Positions 9,393-20,238 of a stretch of 64,000 nucleotides of DNA are shown here, piece by piece; positions within the stretch are counted from its first letter, which is position 1; each line of letters opens with the position of its first letter. The stretch covers positions 110,277-174,276 of the forward strand of contig CAVQUB010000004.1 of assembly GCA_963716725.1 (NCBI GenBank), written 5' to 3'. A model generated the notes under the pieces. The model saw nothing but the letters and a program-made list of their open reading frames with translations. It did not search any database and had not been told where the DNA came from. Made by a program: the position numbers and the translations under genes. Origin of the DNA: an uncultured delta proteobacterium (GTDB taxonomy: Bacteria; Myxococcota_A; Polyangia; Polyangiales; Polyangiaceae).

Positions 9393-9889
9393 AGACGGTC
9401 GAGATCGGGCGGGTGCTTCGCCCTCACGGGCTCCGCGGCGAGCTCAAGGTGCGTCTGCACTGGGACGGCAGCACGACGCTGTCCGACGTGGAGAGCGTGG
9501 TGATCGGCGAGGCGGATCAGACCCGAACCCTCGCGGTCGAGTCCGTGCGGCCTGGCCCCAAGGGCGCGCTGCTGAAGCTCGCGGGCATCGACGACTGCGA
9601 CGCGGCCCAGGCCCTGGCCGGCGCGCCGGTGTCCGTCCCGCGGTCCGCGCTGCCCGCGCTCGAAGCGGGGGAGTACTACCTCTCGGATCTGATCGGCGCC
9701 GAGGTTTGGGGCCCGGAGGGTCGGGTGGGCGAAGTGATCGAGGTGCGGCTGCATCCGAGCATCGACTCACTGGTGGTGCGCCGGTCCGACGGCAGCGTGC
9801 TCGAACAGGCGCTCACCGAGCCCTGGCTCGAGTCGGTCGACGTCGAAGCCGGACGCGTCACGCTCACCACCACCGAGGGCCTCGTCTGA
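9389..9889 (+). CDS. rimM: 16S rRNA processing protein RimM
   Basis: IGRVLRPHGLRGELKV, LPALEAGEYYLSDLIG. Confidence 0.95.
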   Translation: MKTVEIGRVLRPHGLRGELKVRLHWDGSTTLSDVESVVIGEADQTRTLAVESVRPGPKGALLKLAGIDDCDAAQALAGAPVSVPRSALPALEAGEYYLSDLIGAEVWGPEGRVGEVIEVRLHPSIDSLVVRRSDGSVLEQALTEPWLESVDVEAGRVTLTTTEGLV

Positions 9890-9891
9890 AC

Positions 9892-10593
9892 ATGCGCGTC
9901 GCTGTGGTGACCCTGTTCCCCGAGCTGTTTGCGCCCTTCCTGGCCACCAGCTTCGTGCGTCGTGCCATCGAGGGAGGCCAACTGGCCGTCTCGTTGGAAG
10001 ACCTGCGCCGCCACGGTCTCGGCAAGCACCTCTCGGTCGACGACACGCCCTACGGGGGCGGCTCCGGAATGGTCATGCGCGTGGACTGCGTGGTGGCGGC
10101 CGTGGAGGCCGCCGAGGCTGGGCTCGGAGCGCGGGCGCAGCGCGTGCTGCTCACTCCGGGCGGTGAGCGCCTCGGCCAGCGTCACCTCGAAGAGTTCTCC
10201 GAGCGCGAGTCGCTGCTGCTGATCGCAGGTCGCTACGAGGGCTTCGACGAACGCATCTCGGGCTTCGTCGACCAAGAGCTGTCGCTCGGCGATTTCGTGC
10301 TGACCGGCGGTGAGGTCGCGGCAATGGCCGTGATCGAAGGAAGCGCCCGACTGCTGCCCGGAGTGCTGGGCAACGCCGACTCTCCCCGGGAGGAGTCCTT
10401 CAGCGGGAACTGGGGCGGGCTGCTCGAGTACCCACAATTCACGCGGCCGGCGGAGTTCCGCGGCGCCGGCGTGCCCGAGATCCTCAAGAGCGGCGACCAC
10501 GCAAAGATCGCGGCCTGGCGCCAGGAGCAGGCGATCGAGCGCACCCGGGCGCGCCGGCCGGATCTGCTCCACGGCAACAAGGGCGAGACGTGA
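9892..10593 (+). CDS. trmD: tRNA (guanine-N1)-methyltransferase
   Basis: VTLFPE, VDDTPYGGGSGMVM, GRYEGFDER, SLGDFVLTGGE, LLEYPQFTRP. Confidence 0.97.
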   Translation: MRVAVVTLFPELFAPFLATSFVRRAIEGGQLAVSLEDLRRHGLGKHLSVDDTPYGGGSGMVMRVDCVVAAVEAAEAGLGARAQRVLLTPGGERLGQRHLEEFSERESLLLIAGRYEGFDERISGFVDQELSLGDFVLTGGEVAAMAVIEGSARLLPGVLGNADSPREESFSGNWGGLLEYPQFTRPAEFRGAGVPEILKSGDHAKIAAWRQEQAIERTRARRPDLLHGNKGET

Positions 10594-11141
10594 GGCGGGT
10601 AGCGGCGCTCCTGGCGCATCACCCGGTGCTCGACCGCCAGGGTCAGGTGATCACCACGGCCATCACCAATCTGGATCTGCACGACATTGGCCGAAGCGCG
10701 TACACGATGGGGCTCGGCGACTTCTTCGTCGCGCACCCGGTGGGGGCGCAGCGCGAGCTCGCACTGCGCGTTCGCGAGCACTGGACCTCCGGCAGCGGTG
10801 CGCGGCGCATCCCCGATCGCAAACCGCCGATGGAGTGCCTGAGAGTGGTCGAGTCCATCGACGACGCACTGGCCGCGCTCGGACCAGCGGAGATCTGGGT
10901 CACGAGTGCTCAGCGTGCCGCCTCCACCCTCGATTTTGCAGGTGCCCGCGCGCGTCTGTCGGAGCCCGGGCCGGCGGTGCTGCTCGTGTTCGGCACCGGC
11001 TGGGGGCTCGCCCCTGCCATCATCGAGCGCGCCGCGGTGCGGCTCTGCCCCATCGAGTCGCCGCGGCCCGACGGCTTCAATCACCTGAGCGTGCGGGCTG
11101 CCGCCGCCATCATTTTCGACCGATTGCTCGGCCGGCCCTGA
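10590..11141 (+). CDS. SPOUT-class RNA methyltransferase (trmD-associated family)
   Basis: TTAITNLDLHDIGR, LLVFGTGWGL, FNHLSVRAAAAII. Confidence 0.9.
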   Translation: MRRVAALLAHHPVLDRQGQVITTAITNLDLHDIGRSAYTMGLGDFFVAHPVGAQRELALRVREHWTSGSGARRIPDRKPPMECLRVVESIDDALAALGPAEIWVTSAQRAASTLDFAGARARLSEPGPAVLLVFGTGWGLAPAIIERAAVRLCPIESPRPDGFNHLSVRAAAAIIFDRLLGRP

Positions 11142-11838
11142 CGGCGGAGAGCTCCGGGCTCGGGCGGCCGCGGCCCTCCCACTCGACCAGCGGCGCTTCG
11201 ACCACGAGTCCGCCGGCCTTGGCCCGTCGCACCTCGACCAGCGCAATGCGCGCTGGCTCGGACGCGAAGGAGTGGACGAAACACAGGCGTTTGGGCGTGA
11301 GCCCGTGGGCCTCGCAGAGCGACAAGAGCCGCACCAGGTTGCCTGCCGGGTAGACGAAGGCGGCGCGGACCCGGCTCGAAGCGATGGCCAGGGCCGCCGT
11401 GCGGACGAAGGGCTCGAGGGCGCCACAGCGGCCCGGCTCGCGGTCGCTGCGTGCGGCGCGCCGCTCGTTCGGCTCGAAGAAGGGTGGATTGGAGACGATC
11501 AGATCGAAATCGCCATCGATGCGGGCGCGTGAAACGTCGGCGGTGATCACTTGCGCGTCGATCGAAGCGCGCGCGAGGTTCGCCGAGCAGAGCCCCGCCA
11601 GCATCGGATCTTTTTCGACCAGTGTCGCGCGCACGACGCCCGCGAAGTGGTGCGCGATGAGCGTCACCGCGCCGGCGCCGGCGCCCAGGTCCAGGAGGTG
11701 TCCCAGGCGGCGGTGGCCGGCGGCAAAGGCCCCGAGCCAGAGCGCGTCGACGTTGAATCGATAGCCGCTCGTCGGCTGTTCGACGACGAGCGCCCCGTCG
11801 AAGAGTGCGTCGGTTGTCGTCTTGCGGGCCGCGGTCAC
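11110..11838 (-). CDS. Class I SAM methyltransferase, TrmN6/YfiC-like
   Basis: QPTSGYRFNVDALWL, LDLGAGAG, DLIVSNPPFF; GTG start overlaps upstream stop. Confidence 0.85.
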   Translation of the reverse strand: MTAARKTTTDALFDGALVVEQPTSGYRFNVDALWLGAFAAGHRRLGHLLDLGAGAGAVTLIAHHFAGVVRATLVEKDPMLAGLCSANLARASIDAQVITADVSRARIDGDFDLIVSNPPFFEPNERRAARSDREPGRCGALEPFVRTAALAIASSRVRAAFVYPAGNLVRLLSLCEAHGLTPKRLCFVHSFASEPARIALVEVRRAKAGGLVVEAPLVEWEGRGRPSPELSAVRAGRAIGRK

Positions 11839-13076
11839 TTGAGCTGGAAAGGCCGGAGCCCGCGCAGCGTGACGCTGGTGACGCTGTTGGGGAAGACGCG
11901 TACGTCGAAGTAGCCGAGGCTCACCAGTTTGTCCTGGTCGCCGCCGGGCACGAGGCCGGTGCCGGCAACTCGGGTGAAGGTCCCCGCGCTGCCTCCGCCT
12001 TTGACGTCGAAGGCAGAGTAGAGCGCGGTCTTGCCGGTGCCGATCTCGCGACGGCTGCCCTCCGGGAGCGGATCGTCCTCGCTGTCGTTGAAGTACTCGA
12101 GAGCGACTCGGTTCTGCGACACGTCCACTCGGGCAAACTGCAGGCGTACGTTGCCGCAGTCGTGCACCTCGCCGCCGATGATGCCGTTGCCATCGGTGAC
12201 GGTCTTGCCAATGGCCGCCGTTGGGATGGTTCCGTAGTCGTCCTCGGCGAGCGCGCGGATCTTGTAGGTGTAGGTCCCGGCCGATGCGTCGTAGTCGGGA
12301 TCGCCCTCGTGCACGTAAACGTTGTAGGTGTAGAGGGGCGACCAGCCTGGGCCGTAGGTCTTGATCACGAGCTCCGTGTTCATGGGCACGTCCGCGTACT
12401 CGTACTCTCGATCGAATCGGATCTTGTCGACGCAAGAGTCCTTCACCGTCGTCTCCACCAACGTCATGCTGTCGGTGGCCTCGATCGTCGAGCCGATGAG
12501 CTGGCCCAGCGAGCCGTCGGTGGCGGGATCACCGGTGCGCTTCACGGAGTAGACCTCGATCTTCACGCCGCCGTGCGACGCGGCGCTCGGGCAGCTGCTC
12601 CCGGCGGCGCACCAGCCCGTGCCTTCGGTGTTGATCAGGTCGTACTTGCCGCAGCCACCATTGGAGAAGGGGCGCAGGACGCCGGTGAGCTTGACGGTCT
12701 TGCTGCTGGCCGCCGGCGGGGTCGGGTAGCCCTCGGGATCGAAGCACTTCAAGTCCGGCGGAGCGCCGTTCGGGTCGGCGTACTCGGTCGTGTCCGTGGT
12801 CCGCACCAGGTACTTACTCGACGCCGAATTGCCGGGCTCACCCACCATCACGCAGCAACTGTCGACGGGGCGGTTGGCACAGGTCGGCGTTCCAACGCAG
12901 CTGCCGGCGCAGAACTCGTCGTTGGCGGGTCGGGTCGAGCCCTTGCACTCGCCCGCGCCGTTGTTCGTGTAGTCCTTGCTCCCGGAGCCTCCCGAGCCGG
13001 CGGGGTTCTTTTCGTCCGAGCAGCCGAGGGGAAGGGAGGCAACCAGGCACAGGGCAGTCGTGATCAGGATACGCAT
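11835..13076 (-). CDS. Cys-rich hypothetical lipoprotein with beta-sandwich-like repeats
   Basis: Signal ending LPLGC, GSGGSG linker, many Cys. Confidence 0.8.
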   Translation of the reverse strand: MRILITTALCLVASLPLGCSDEKNPAGSGGSGSKDYTNNGAGECKGSTRPANDEFCAGSCVGTPTCANRPVDSCCVMVGEPGNSASSKYLVRTTDTTEYADPNGAPPDLKCFDPEGYPTPPAASSKTVKLTGVLRPFSNGGCGKYDLINTEGTGWCAAGSSCPSAASHGGVKIEVYSVKRTGDPATDGSLGQLIGSTIEATDSMTLVETTVKDSCVDKIRFDREYEYADVPMNTELVIKTYGPGWSPLYTYNVYVHEGDPDYDASAGTYTYKIRALAEDDYGTIPTAAIGKTVTDGNGIIGGEVHDCGNVRLQFARVDVSQNRVALEYFNDSEDDPLPEGSRREIGTGKTALYSAFDVKGGGSAGTFTRVAGTGLVPGGDQDKLVSLGYFDVRVFPNSVTSVTLRGLRPFQLK

Positions 13077-13295
13077 GGGGTGCACCTCTCCGGGCGGGTT
13101 TGCGGCCCGCCCGCTTGAAGAAAGCCGTGCGCCCCACGTCTTACGGGGCGACGGTCGCCTGAAACTTAGCGAAGAACGCCGGCCCTCGCATGCATTTTGG
13201 GCCGGCGGGACCGCTACGGCATTGAAGGGCGGGGCGTTTGGTGGCAGATCCCCGCGCCGCTCGGCGCCGAGCGGCTTTCAGGGGGCATGGCGATC

Positions 13296-14567
13296 ATGAA
13301 CGGATACCGACGGATGAACTCAGTGTGGGCGGGCCTGATCGCCCTTGCCGTGGCTACCCCCGCCGTCGGTGAGGACCTGGCTGCGGCCGCCAAGAAGCCG
13401 CCCAAGGATCCCGAGGCGGCCCTCGCGCTGGGGCGATCGCTGCGTCGCGCGGGCATGTTCGACGAGGGCGTCCGGGTCCTTCGCGGGGCCGCGCTGCGCG
13501 CGCAAGGGGAGCTGTCGGTGGCCGCTCGCTACGAAGCGGCGCGGACGCTGATCGCGGCGAATCGCCAGAAGGACGCGCTGCGGGAGTGCCAAGGCATCAA
13601 GGCAAGAAGCAAGGTCAGGTGGGAGACTTGCTTCGCGGAGGCTCAGCTGCTTTGGAAGCGGGCGTCGCTCGCGCTGCCCGCCGCCGAGCGCGCACTCGCG
13701 GAGTCCCCGGACAACTACGACGCGCTGGTGGCAAAGGGTCGCGCCCAACGCATGCTCGGGAAGAACGCCGAGTCCGAAGCCGCGTTCAAAGCCGCCATCG
13801 TCAAGGACGGGTCCCGCTTCGAGGCGCCGATGTTCTACTCGGAGTTGCTCTCGGGCTTGGGCAGGGGCACCGAGACCGTGGCGGCGTTGCGCAAAGCGCA
13901 CGCGGCAGCGCCCGAAGAACCCGAGCCCACTTTGGCCCTCGCCTCGGAGCTGCCTGCCGGAGCCGAGGCCACCAAGCTGCTGCTCGACGCGCTGTCGATT
14001 CGACCGAAATACGGTCCGGCCCAGGCGCGGCTCGGGGACGTTCACTTGGAGCTTGGCAAGGTGGCAGAGGCCGAGACGGCGTTCCGCGCGGCCATCGCCA
14101 TCAACGCCAAGGTCGCCGACTGGCAGGCTGGGCTCGCCCGGGCGCTGGTCGCCAAGAACGACTGGGACGAGGCGCTCAAAGCCAGCGCCGTCGCGCTCAA
14201 GCTCGTGGGAAACCATGGCCTGGCCATGCTCGCCGAGGCCGACGCCACCGCGGGCAAGGGCGAGATCGATCTGGCCATCGAGGCCTACGAGAAGGCTGCC
14301 AGTTTCACCCGCGACAGCCCAAATCCCCTCGTGCACGCGGCGCGGGCCTGCCTCCGCCAGAACCGCCCCACCACCGCCCGCGCCTTCGCCGATCGCGCGA
14401 CCCAGTCCTTCGAAGCGTTTGCGCCCGCCTGGCTGGTCCTGGGCGACGTTGCCGTCGCGACGAAGGACAAGGGCGCGGCAAAGCAGGCGTATCAGAAGGC
14501 GCTGTCGGCGCCCCGCGGAAGCATCGACAAGGCCGAAGTGAAGAAGAAGCTCGCGGCCATCAAGTGA
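13296..14567 (+). CDS. Secreted TPR-repeat protein (start uncertain)
   Basis: Signal peptide; repeated A..LG..Y..G...A...F..A TPR patterns. Confidence 0.85.
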   Translation: MNGYRRMNSVWAGLIALAVATPAVGEDLAAAAKKPPKDPEAALALGRSLRRAGMFDEGVRVLRGAALRAQGELSVAARYEAARTLIAANRQKDALRECQGIKARSKVRWETCFAEAQLLWKRASLALPAAERALAESPDNYDALVAKGRAQRMLGKNAESEAAFKAAIVKDGSRFEAPMFYSELLSGLGRGTETVAALRKAHAAAPEEPEPTLALASELPAGAEATKLLLDALSIRPKYGPAQARLGDVHLELGKVAEAETAFRAAIAINAKVADWQAGLARALVAKNDWDEALKASAVALKLVGNHGLAMLAEADATAGKGEIDLAIEAYEKAASFTRDSPNPLVHAARACLRQNRPTTARAFADRATQSFEAFAPAWLVLGDVAVATKDKGAAKQAYQKALSAPRGSIDKAEVKKKLAAIK

Positions 14568-15448
14568 GCAACGACGGGACTCGGCGCCCTGGGGTGTTCG
14601 CGCCGACCAGCGCGTTCTGGCGGCGCCTGGCCTACCTCGGCGCGCGCTACGGACCCCGGCCCTGGCTTCGCTTCAGTCCGCCGGTCATCGGTCTGGCGTT
14701 TGCGCTGGCGCTGCCCACGTTGCGCCGACGCGTCCAGAGCAATCTGCGTCGTGCGCTGGGGCGGCGGGGCATCATCGCAGAGCAACTGGACATCGCGCGC
14801 ACCTTCATCAGCTACGCCGGGTGCCTGGCCGAAGCCCTGGGTGGCGAACGAGCCGAGGCCGCGAGCGCCGTCAGGCGCCTCGACGAGGAAGAGACGCGCT
14901 CCCTGCTCGAGTCCGGCAGCGGAATGATCGTCGGGACCGCGCACTTCGGCGCTTGGGACGCCGCGGCCCCACTTCTGGCTCGGGACTTCGGTCGACCCGT
15001 CGTGGTCGCGATGCAGGCGGAGGCCGACCCCGCCGCGCGGGCCATCCACGATGCGGTCCGGGCGCGGGCCGGCGTTCGGGTCGTCCACGTCGGGACCCAC
15101 CCCCTGGACGCGCTCGCCCTGCTGCACCACCTGCGAGACGGAGGCATCGTGGCCGTGCAACTGGACCGCGTCGCGCCGGGGGGGCGTAGCCTGAGCGTGC
15201 CATTCTTGGGCCGGAGCCTCGAGATGCCCGAGGGGCCCTTTTTGCTGGCCTCGATGGCTCAGGTGCCGCTGGTCGCCCTCTTCGTCCGGCGAGCGGGCTT
15301 TCTGGACTACGAAATGAGCGCCGGCGGCGTGGTGTCGCTGCCCAGGGGCGCTCGCGGGGCCGATCTGCTGGCGGCGGCAGGCCGCGTCGCCGAGGCGATC
15401 GAGCGATCGGTCCGGTCGTGCCCGACCCAGTGGTTCGACTTCGGCTGA
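14564..15448 (+). CDS. Lipid A lauroyl / PIM acyltransferase family protein
   Basis: TAHFGAWD, VAVQLDR, VPFLG..EGPF, PTQWFDF. Confidence 0.88.
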   Translation: MSNDGTRRPGVFAPTSAFWRRLAYLGARYGPRPWLRFSPPVIGLAFALALPTLRRRVQSNLRRALGRRGIIAEQLDIARTFISYAGCLAEALGGERAEAASAVRRLDEEETRSLLESGSGMIVGTAHFGAWDAAAPLLARDFGRPVVVAMQAEADPAARAIHDAVRARAGVRVVHVGTHPLDALALLHHLRDGGIVAVQLDRVAPGGRSLSVPFLGRSLEMPEGPFLLASMAQVPLVALFVRRAGFLDYEMSAGGVVSLPRGARGADLLAAAGRVAEAIERSVRSCPTQWFDFG

Positions 15449-15492
15449 AAGCGATGGCGCTCCGCGCCTGGGTTTGGCAATAAGGTCCCCCC

Positions 15493-16304
<812 letters not shown>

Positions 16305-16308
<4 letters not shown>

Positions 16309-17276
16309 AGCGCCGCTCAGCAGCGATTTCCAATGATCCGATCGCCGCCGAGGCAGCACGCGAATACCTCGCGGCGGGAGCCTCGGCCGTGGGCGCGGTG
16401 CTCGCCGGGTTTTTCGCAGCTGCCGGTGCCCACGCCGGAGTGTTGCTCGGGCCCGCTACGTTGCTGATGGGTGGGGTGGGCGTTGGCGCGCGGGTGTTCG
16501 ACGGGCGACTGCGCCAACCCGGCGTGGGAGCGAAGCGCCCGCGCGGCGTGGTGGCCTCCGCTGCGGTGCCGGATGCCGCGAAGGTCGCAGTGCCAACGGC
16601 GATCACCGCCCTCGCGGTGGCGCACGCCTACGATGGCGGCAAGAGCCTCGGTGGCGTGATCAAGCCGGGGATCGCGCGGGCGGAGCGCGGTGGGGCCGAC
16701 GAGCGGGCGGGCGTGCTCCAGCTCGTGCGCGGCGCGGGGGCCGGAGCGTTTCGAGATGCGGGCTTCATTCGCGCGATGTTGCGCGTCGCCGGTCCCAGTC
16801 AGGGCGGCCTGCTCTCGCCCGCGGACTTTGCCGCCGTGCCCAAGGTGGACGCCGAGGCGGTGACGCGCGGTCGAGGGTCGGACCGGATTCTGGAGGCACC
16901 CTGGGCTGCGGCGGCCGCGGGCATGGACGTCGAGCCGATCGGGCTCGGGTTTGCCGTGTGCGCGGTGGACGTCCGCCGGGTGCTCGCGGCGCTGTGCTAC
17001 CGACGGGTGACGTCAGGCTTCACCGTGGATGAACTCGAACTCGAAGCCCCCCTCGCGGCCGTTCCCGTCATGCGGGGCGTGCCCCGCGTTTCGCCGGGGG
17101 AGCCGTTGCTGGCTCCGGCTCCGATGGTCATCATCGCGGACGCGTCGAATACGACCATGGAAGTCGCGGCGTTGCCCGGCGCAACGGCGCTCAGCGACGC
17201 CGATCTCGACTCGCTCTCATTGCGGCTGCGCTGTCATCTCGCCACCGGCGAGGTGGACGTGCTCGCCGGCGCCTGA
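16305..17276 (+). CDS. Compact gamma-glutamyltransferase-like protein
   Basis: N-terminus PIAAEAAREYLAAGASAVGAV, FDGR, VAVP and GGLLSPADF resemble the GGT large subunit. Confidence 0.6.
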
Positions 17277-17286
17277 GAAGCCTCGC

Positions 17287-17511
17287 TCAGTTCGAGGCGT
17301 TGAGCTTCTTGGCGTACGCCAGGAGGCCGATCTTGTCGATCGTGCGCAGGTCACCCGCGGTGAGCTTGAGCGTCACGTAGCGGCCGAGCTCCGGCACGAA
17401 GAGGCGCCGCTTCTGAACATTCACGTTCTGCCAGCGCGGCGTCTTGATGTTCGAGTGGGATACGTTCCTGGCACGCATCCGGCGCTTTCCGGTCAGTTCG
17501 CTTCGGGCCAT
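17287..17511 (-). CDS. rpmB: 50S ribosomal protein L28
   Basis: ELTGK..ARNVSHSNIKTPRWQNVNVQ..LRTIDK. Confidence 0.93.
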   Translation of the reverse strand: MARSELTGKRRMRARNVSHSNIKTPRWQNVNVQKRRLFVPELGRYVTLKLTAGDLRTIDKIGLLAYAKKLNASN

Positions 17512-17547
17512 AGGGGGCGCGTATTTCAGCTCAGCCGTACCCCTCAT

Positions 17548-18447
17548 TCAAGCGCTTCCGCTGATCTTGTTCGGCGAGCTGACCAGCGACAAACGCCGAG
17601 CCTCGGGGGCGAAGGCCGCAGCCAGGAGCTGAAAGAGGCCCAGACTGGCCACGATTCCGGCGCAAACCAGGCCCACGGCCGTGGCCGGGTAGGTGAGATA
17701 GCCGGTGGCAGCATCGGCCAAGGTGAAATGCCGGAGCCCCACGGGGATAGGGAGTCCGCCCAGGACTAGCGTGGCCCAGAGCGCTGCCCAGCCCGTCGTG
17801 CCCTGGCCCATGAATCCGAACAGCGAGAGGGCGACCAGGGCGACGCTCAGCGCCGCGCCGGCCCGGGCGATCACGGGCGCGGATCCGTCCGCCACCAGGA
17901 TCGCTTCGAGGATGACGAAGGGAAGGGCGAGCGCCAGCGCTACCGCCAGGATCACCCGCGCCCGCCGGAACGCCGTGTAGCGCGCGCGGAACATCAACGC
18001 CGCTGGCAGTGCGGTGAGCGTCAACATGCGAGCCACGCCCCGCTCCAGGCTGCCGTCCACCGTGAGCCCGCCCAGCGGTCCTCCGCTCTGCAGGCCCAGT
18101 CCCATCAGCACCACGCCCACCAGGAGGGCGACGCCGGCACGGAGCGCGTAGGGGAAGGGCAAGACCGCGACCGCGGTGAGGGCGCCGGCCGCGGAAAACG
18201 CGACGGTTGCGGCCCCGAATCGCTCGGCAGGGACACCGACGCCGAAGCGCAGGGCGAGCCCCAGGGCGGTCAGGGCGGCCGCCACCAGCGCCAGCCACAG
18301 GCGGCAGGAGTCCCGAGAAGGCTGAAGCGGCGCGAGCTCCTCCCGGAGGACCTCGGAGGCCAACAGAGGCGGCTTGGGTTCGCTGACCGACCGGTGAATT
18401 CCCGACGTCGGTCCGCGCGGTACCGGCGCGGTGGAGGGCTCAGCCAT
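17548..18447 (-). CDS. Multi-pass membrane protein
   Basis: About 8-9 hydrophobic segments; co-oriented in operon. Confidence 0.8.
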   Translation of the reverse strand: MAEPSTAPVPRGPTSGIHRSVSEPKPPLLASEVLREELAPLQPSRDSCRLWLALVAAALTALGLALRFGVGVPAERFGAATVAFSAAGALTAVAVLPFPYALRAGVALLVGVVLMGLGLQSGGPLGGLTVDGSLERGVARMLTLTALPAALMFRARYTAFRRARVILAVALALALPFVILEAILVADGSAPVIARAGAALSVALVALSLFGFMGQGTTGWAALWATLVLGGLPIPVGLRHFTLADAATGYLTYPATAVGLVCAGIVASLGLFQLLAAAFAPEARRLSLVSSPNKISGSA

Positions 18448-18462
18448 CAGGTCAGTCAGCGG

Positions 18463-19314
18463 TCATGCTAGCGCCAGAGACCCGAGGCGCGCCACCACCG
18501 CCCGACAATAATCGCGAGTCGCCTCGAAATCATTGGGTTTTTTTGAGAGAGTTCGCTCGCTCATGTAGAGCCGCCGGCTGAGCTCGATCTGGAGGGAGTG
18601 GGTGCCGGCGCGGGGTCGCCCATAGCGACCGGTGCTGTAGCCGCCCTTGTAGGGGTCGTCGTGGGCCACCTTCCACCCGCGCTCCCGCGCCAAATCGTCC
18701 GGGACCGCGATCACGCTCGGCGCGGCGGTCGTCCCGCCGCGGCTGCCGGGGACCACGTCCGCTCGGGCGCGGCCAGGGTCGGCGTGGCCGGCTCGACCGC
18801 GGGAGGGCATGGAGTGCCCGCACAGGAGGACCGCGTGTCCGAAGCGAGCGACTTTGCTGTCGAGCAACTCCCGAAGGGTCGCGTGGTACGGCTCCCAAAT
18901 GCAACGCAGCCGGCGGTCGAGCTCGCGCCGGGGCAACGGCTCCTTGAGCGCTGGGAGGTTCTCGGTCGTGGCGCGCCAGACCAAGCCGTGGGGCGACGGA
19001 CGGCCCTTGGCTCCCTCGACCGTCGAGGCGTCCACGTCATCCGGCGCGCGGTTCAGGTCGCAGACGTATCGGCTCACGTGCGCGACGAGCAAGGTCGCAC
19101 CCTCGGCCGGAGCGTCGGCGAAGAGCTCGTCCACGAACAGATCGGCGTCCTGGCCAATGGCCCGCGCCGGCGCAATGAGGGTCGCGAGGGCCTCGGGCTC
19201 GATGGACAACCCCGCGTGGGGCACCTCGACCACGACGGGGGTCTCGGGGGAGGTCGGCGCGTGAACCGAGAAGTACACCCGTGGGAATTTAGAGCCCCCG
19301 GAGCCGGAAGTCAT
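18463..19314 (-). CDS. N-formylglutamate amidohydrolase family protein
   Basis: VVEVPHAG, DADLFVD, SRYVCDLNR, WEPYH, HSMPS, PYKGG, LQIELSRRLY. Confidence 0.92.
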   Translation of the reverse strand: MTSGSGGSKFPRVYFSVHAPTSPETPVVVEVPHAGLSIEPEALATLIAPARAIGQDADLFVDELFADAPAEGATLLVAHVSRYVCDLNRAPDDVDASTVEGAKGRPSPHGLVWRATTENLPALKEPLPRRELDRRLRCIWEPYHATLRELLDSKVARFGHAVLLCGHSMPSRGRAGHADPGRARADVVPGSRGGTTAAPSVIAVPDDLARERGWKVAHDDPYKGGYSTGRYGRPRAGTHSLQIELSRRLYMSERTLSKKPNDFEATRDYCRAVVARLGSLALA

Positions 19315-20198
19315 CCCCGCGGGTGGGCCTTCTGGTGGGCCTTCTTCACGTGGTCCCGGGTGACGTGGGTGTAGATCTCGGTCGTGGACACGTCGCTGTG
19401 GCCGAGCAGGGTCTGAACGGCTCGAAGATCCGCGCCGCCGCGCAAGAGGTGGGTTGCGAACGAGTGACGGAGCTGGTGAGGGTGGGCCTCGAAGCTGATG
19501 CCTGCGATCCGGGCGTAGCGGCGCACGATCTTCCAGAAGGCCTGCCGTGTCAGGGGCGCGCCGCGCGGGCCGGCGAACAATACCTTGCTGACCAGGCCGC
19601 TCTCGGCTTGCCGCGCTTCGAGGTACGCCGCCACGTGGTCGAGGGCGACCTCGCCGAGGGGCACCAGCCGGCGTTTGCCGCCCTTGCCCAGCGCGCCGAC
19701 GATGCCGCGGGCGAGATCGACGTCGCCGAAGGTCAGGTTCACGAGCTCGCTGACTCGGAGCCCCGAGGCATAGCCCACACTGAGCATCGCGCGGTCCCGC
19801 AGACCTCGGAGCCGACTGACGTCGGGGGTGTCGATCAGGCGGACCATCTCTTGTTCCCCCAAGGTGTGCGGCAGCTTGCGCCCGAAGCGGGGGCGGGCCG
19901 CGAGCGCGGTGGGGTCCGAGGCGATGGCGCCCTCCTTGACCAAGAAGCGAACGAGGCCGCGCACCGACGAGAGGTGGCGGGCGGCGCTCCGGGGCCCGAG
20001 GCCGGCCTTGGCCAGCGACGATTGCCAGGCGCTGAGCCGCCCGAGATCCAGCTCGCGTGGATCCTGTGCGCCTTGGTCTTCGAGGAAAGCCGCGAGCTTT
20101 GCCAGATCGCGCCCGTAGCCGGCGATGGTGTTGGCCGAGAGTGCCCGCTCGACCCGAAGGTACGACAAATACAGATCGATGGCCGTGTCGATGCGCAC
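19311..20198 (-). CDS. xerD: Tyrosine recombinase XerD
   Basis: VERALSANTI, RDRAML..YASGLRVSEL, GKGGKRR, HQLRHSFATHLL, LLGHSDVSTTEIYTHV. Confidence 0.93.
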   Translation of the reverse strand: MRIDTAIDLYLSYLRVERALSANTIAGYGRDLAKLAAFLEDQGAQDPRELDLGRLSAWQSSLAKAGLGPRSAARHLSSVRGLVRFLVKEGAIASDPTALAARPRFGRKLPHTLGEQEMVRLIDTPDVSRLRGLRDRAMLSVGYASGLRVSELVNLTFGDVDLARGIVGALGKGGKRRLVPLGEVALDHVAAYLEARQAESGLVSKVLFAGPRGAPLTRQAFWKIVRRYARIAGISFEAHPHQLRHSFATHLLRGGADLRAVQTLLGHSDVSTTEIYTHVTRDHVKKAHQKAHPRG

Positions 20199-20238
20199 TC
20201 CCCGGAGCTTAGCGAAACTCGAGGTTGCGGCGAAAATC

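Noticed and set aside
19311..20198. Integrase marking a genomic island
   Set aside because: Typical chromosomal XerD among housekeeping genes; no att sites or cargo seen
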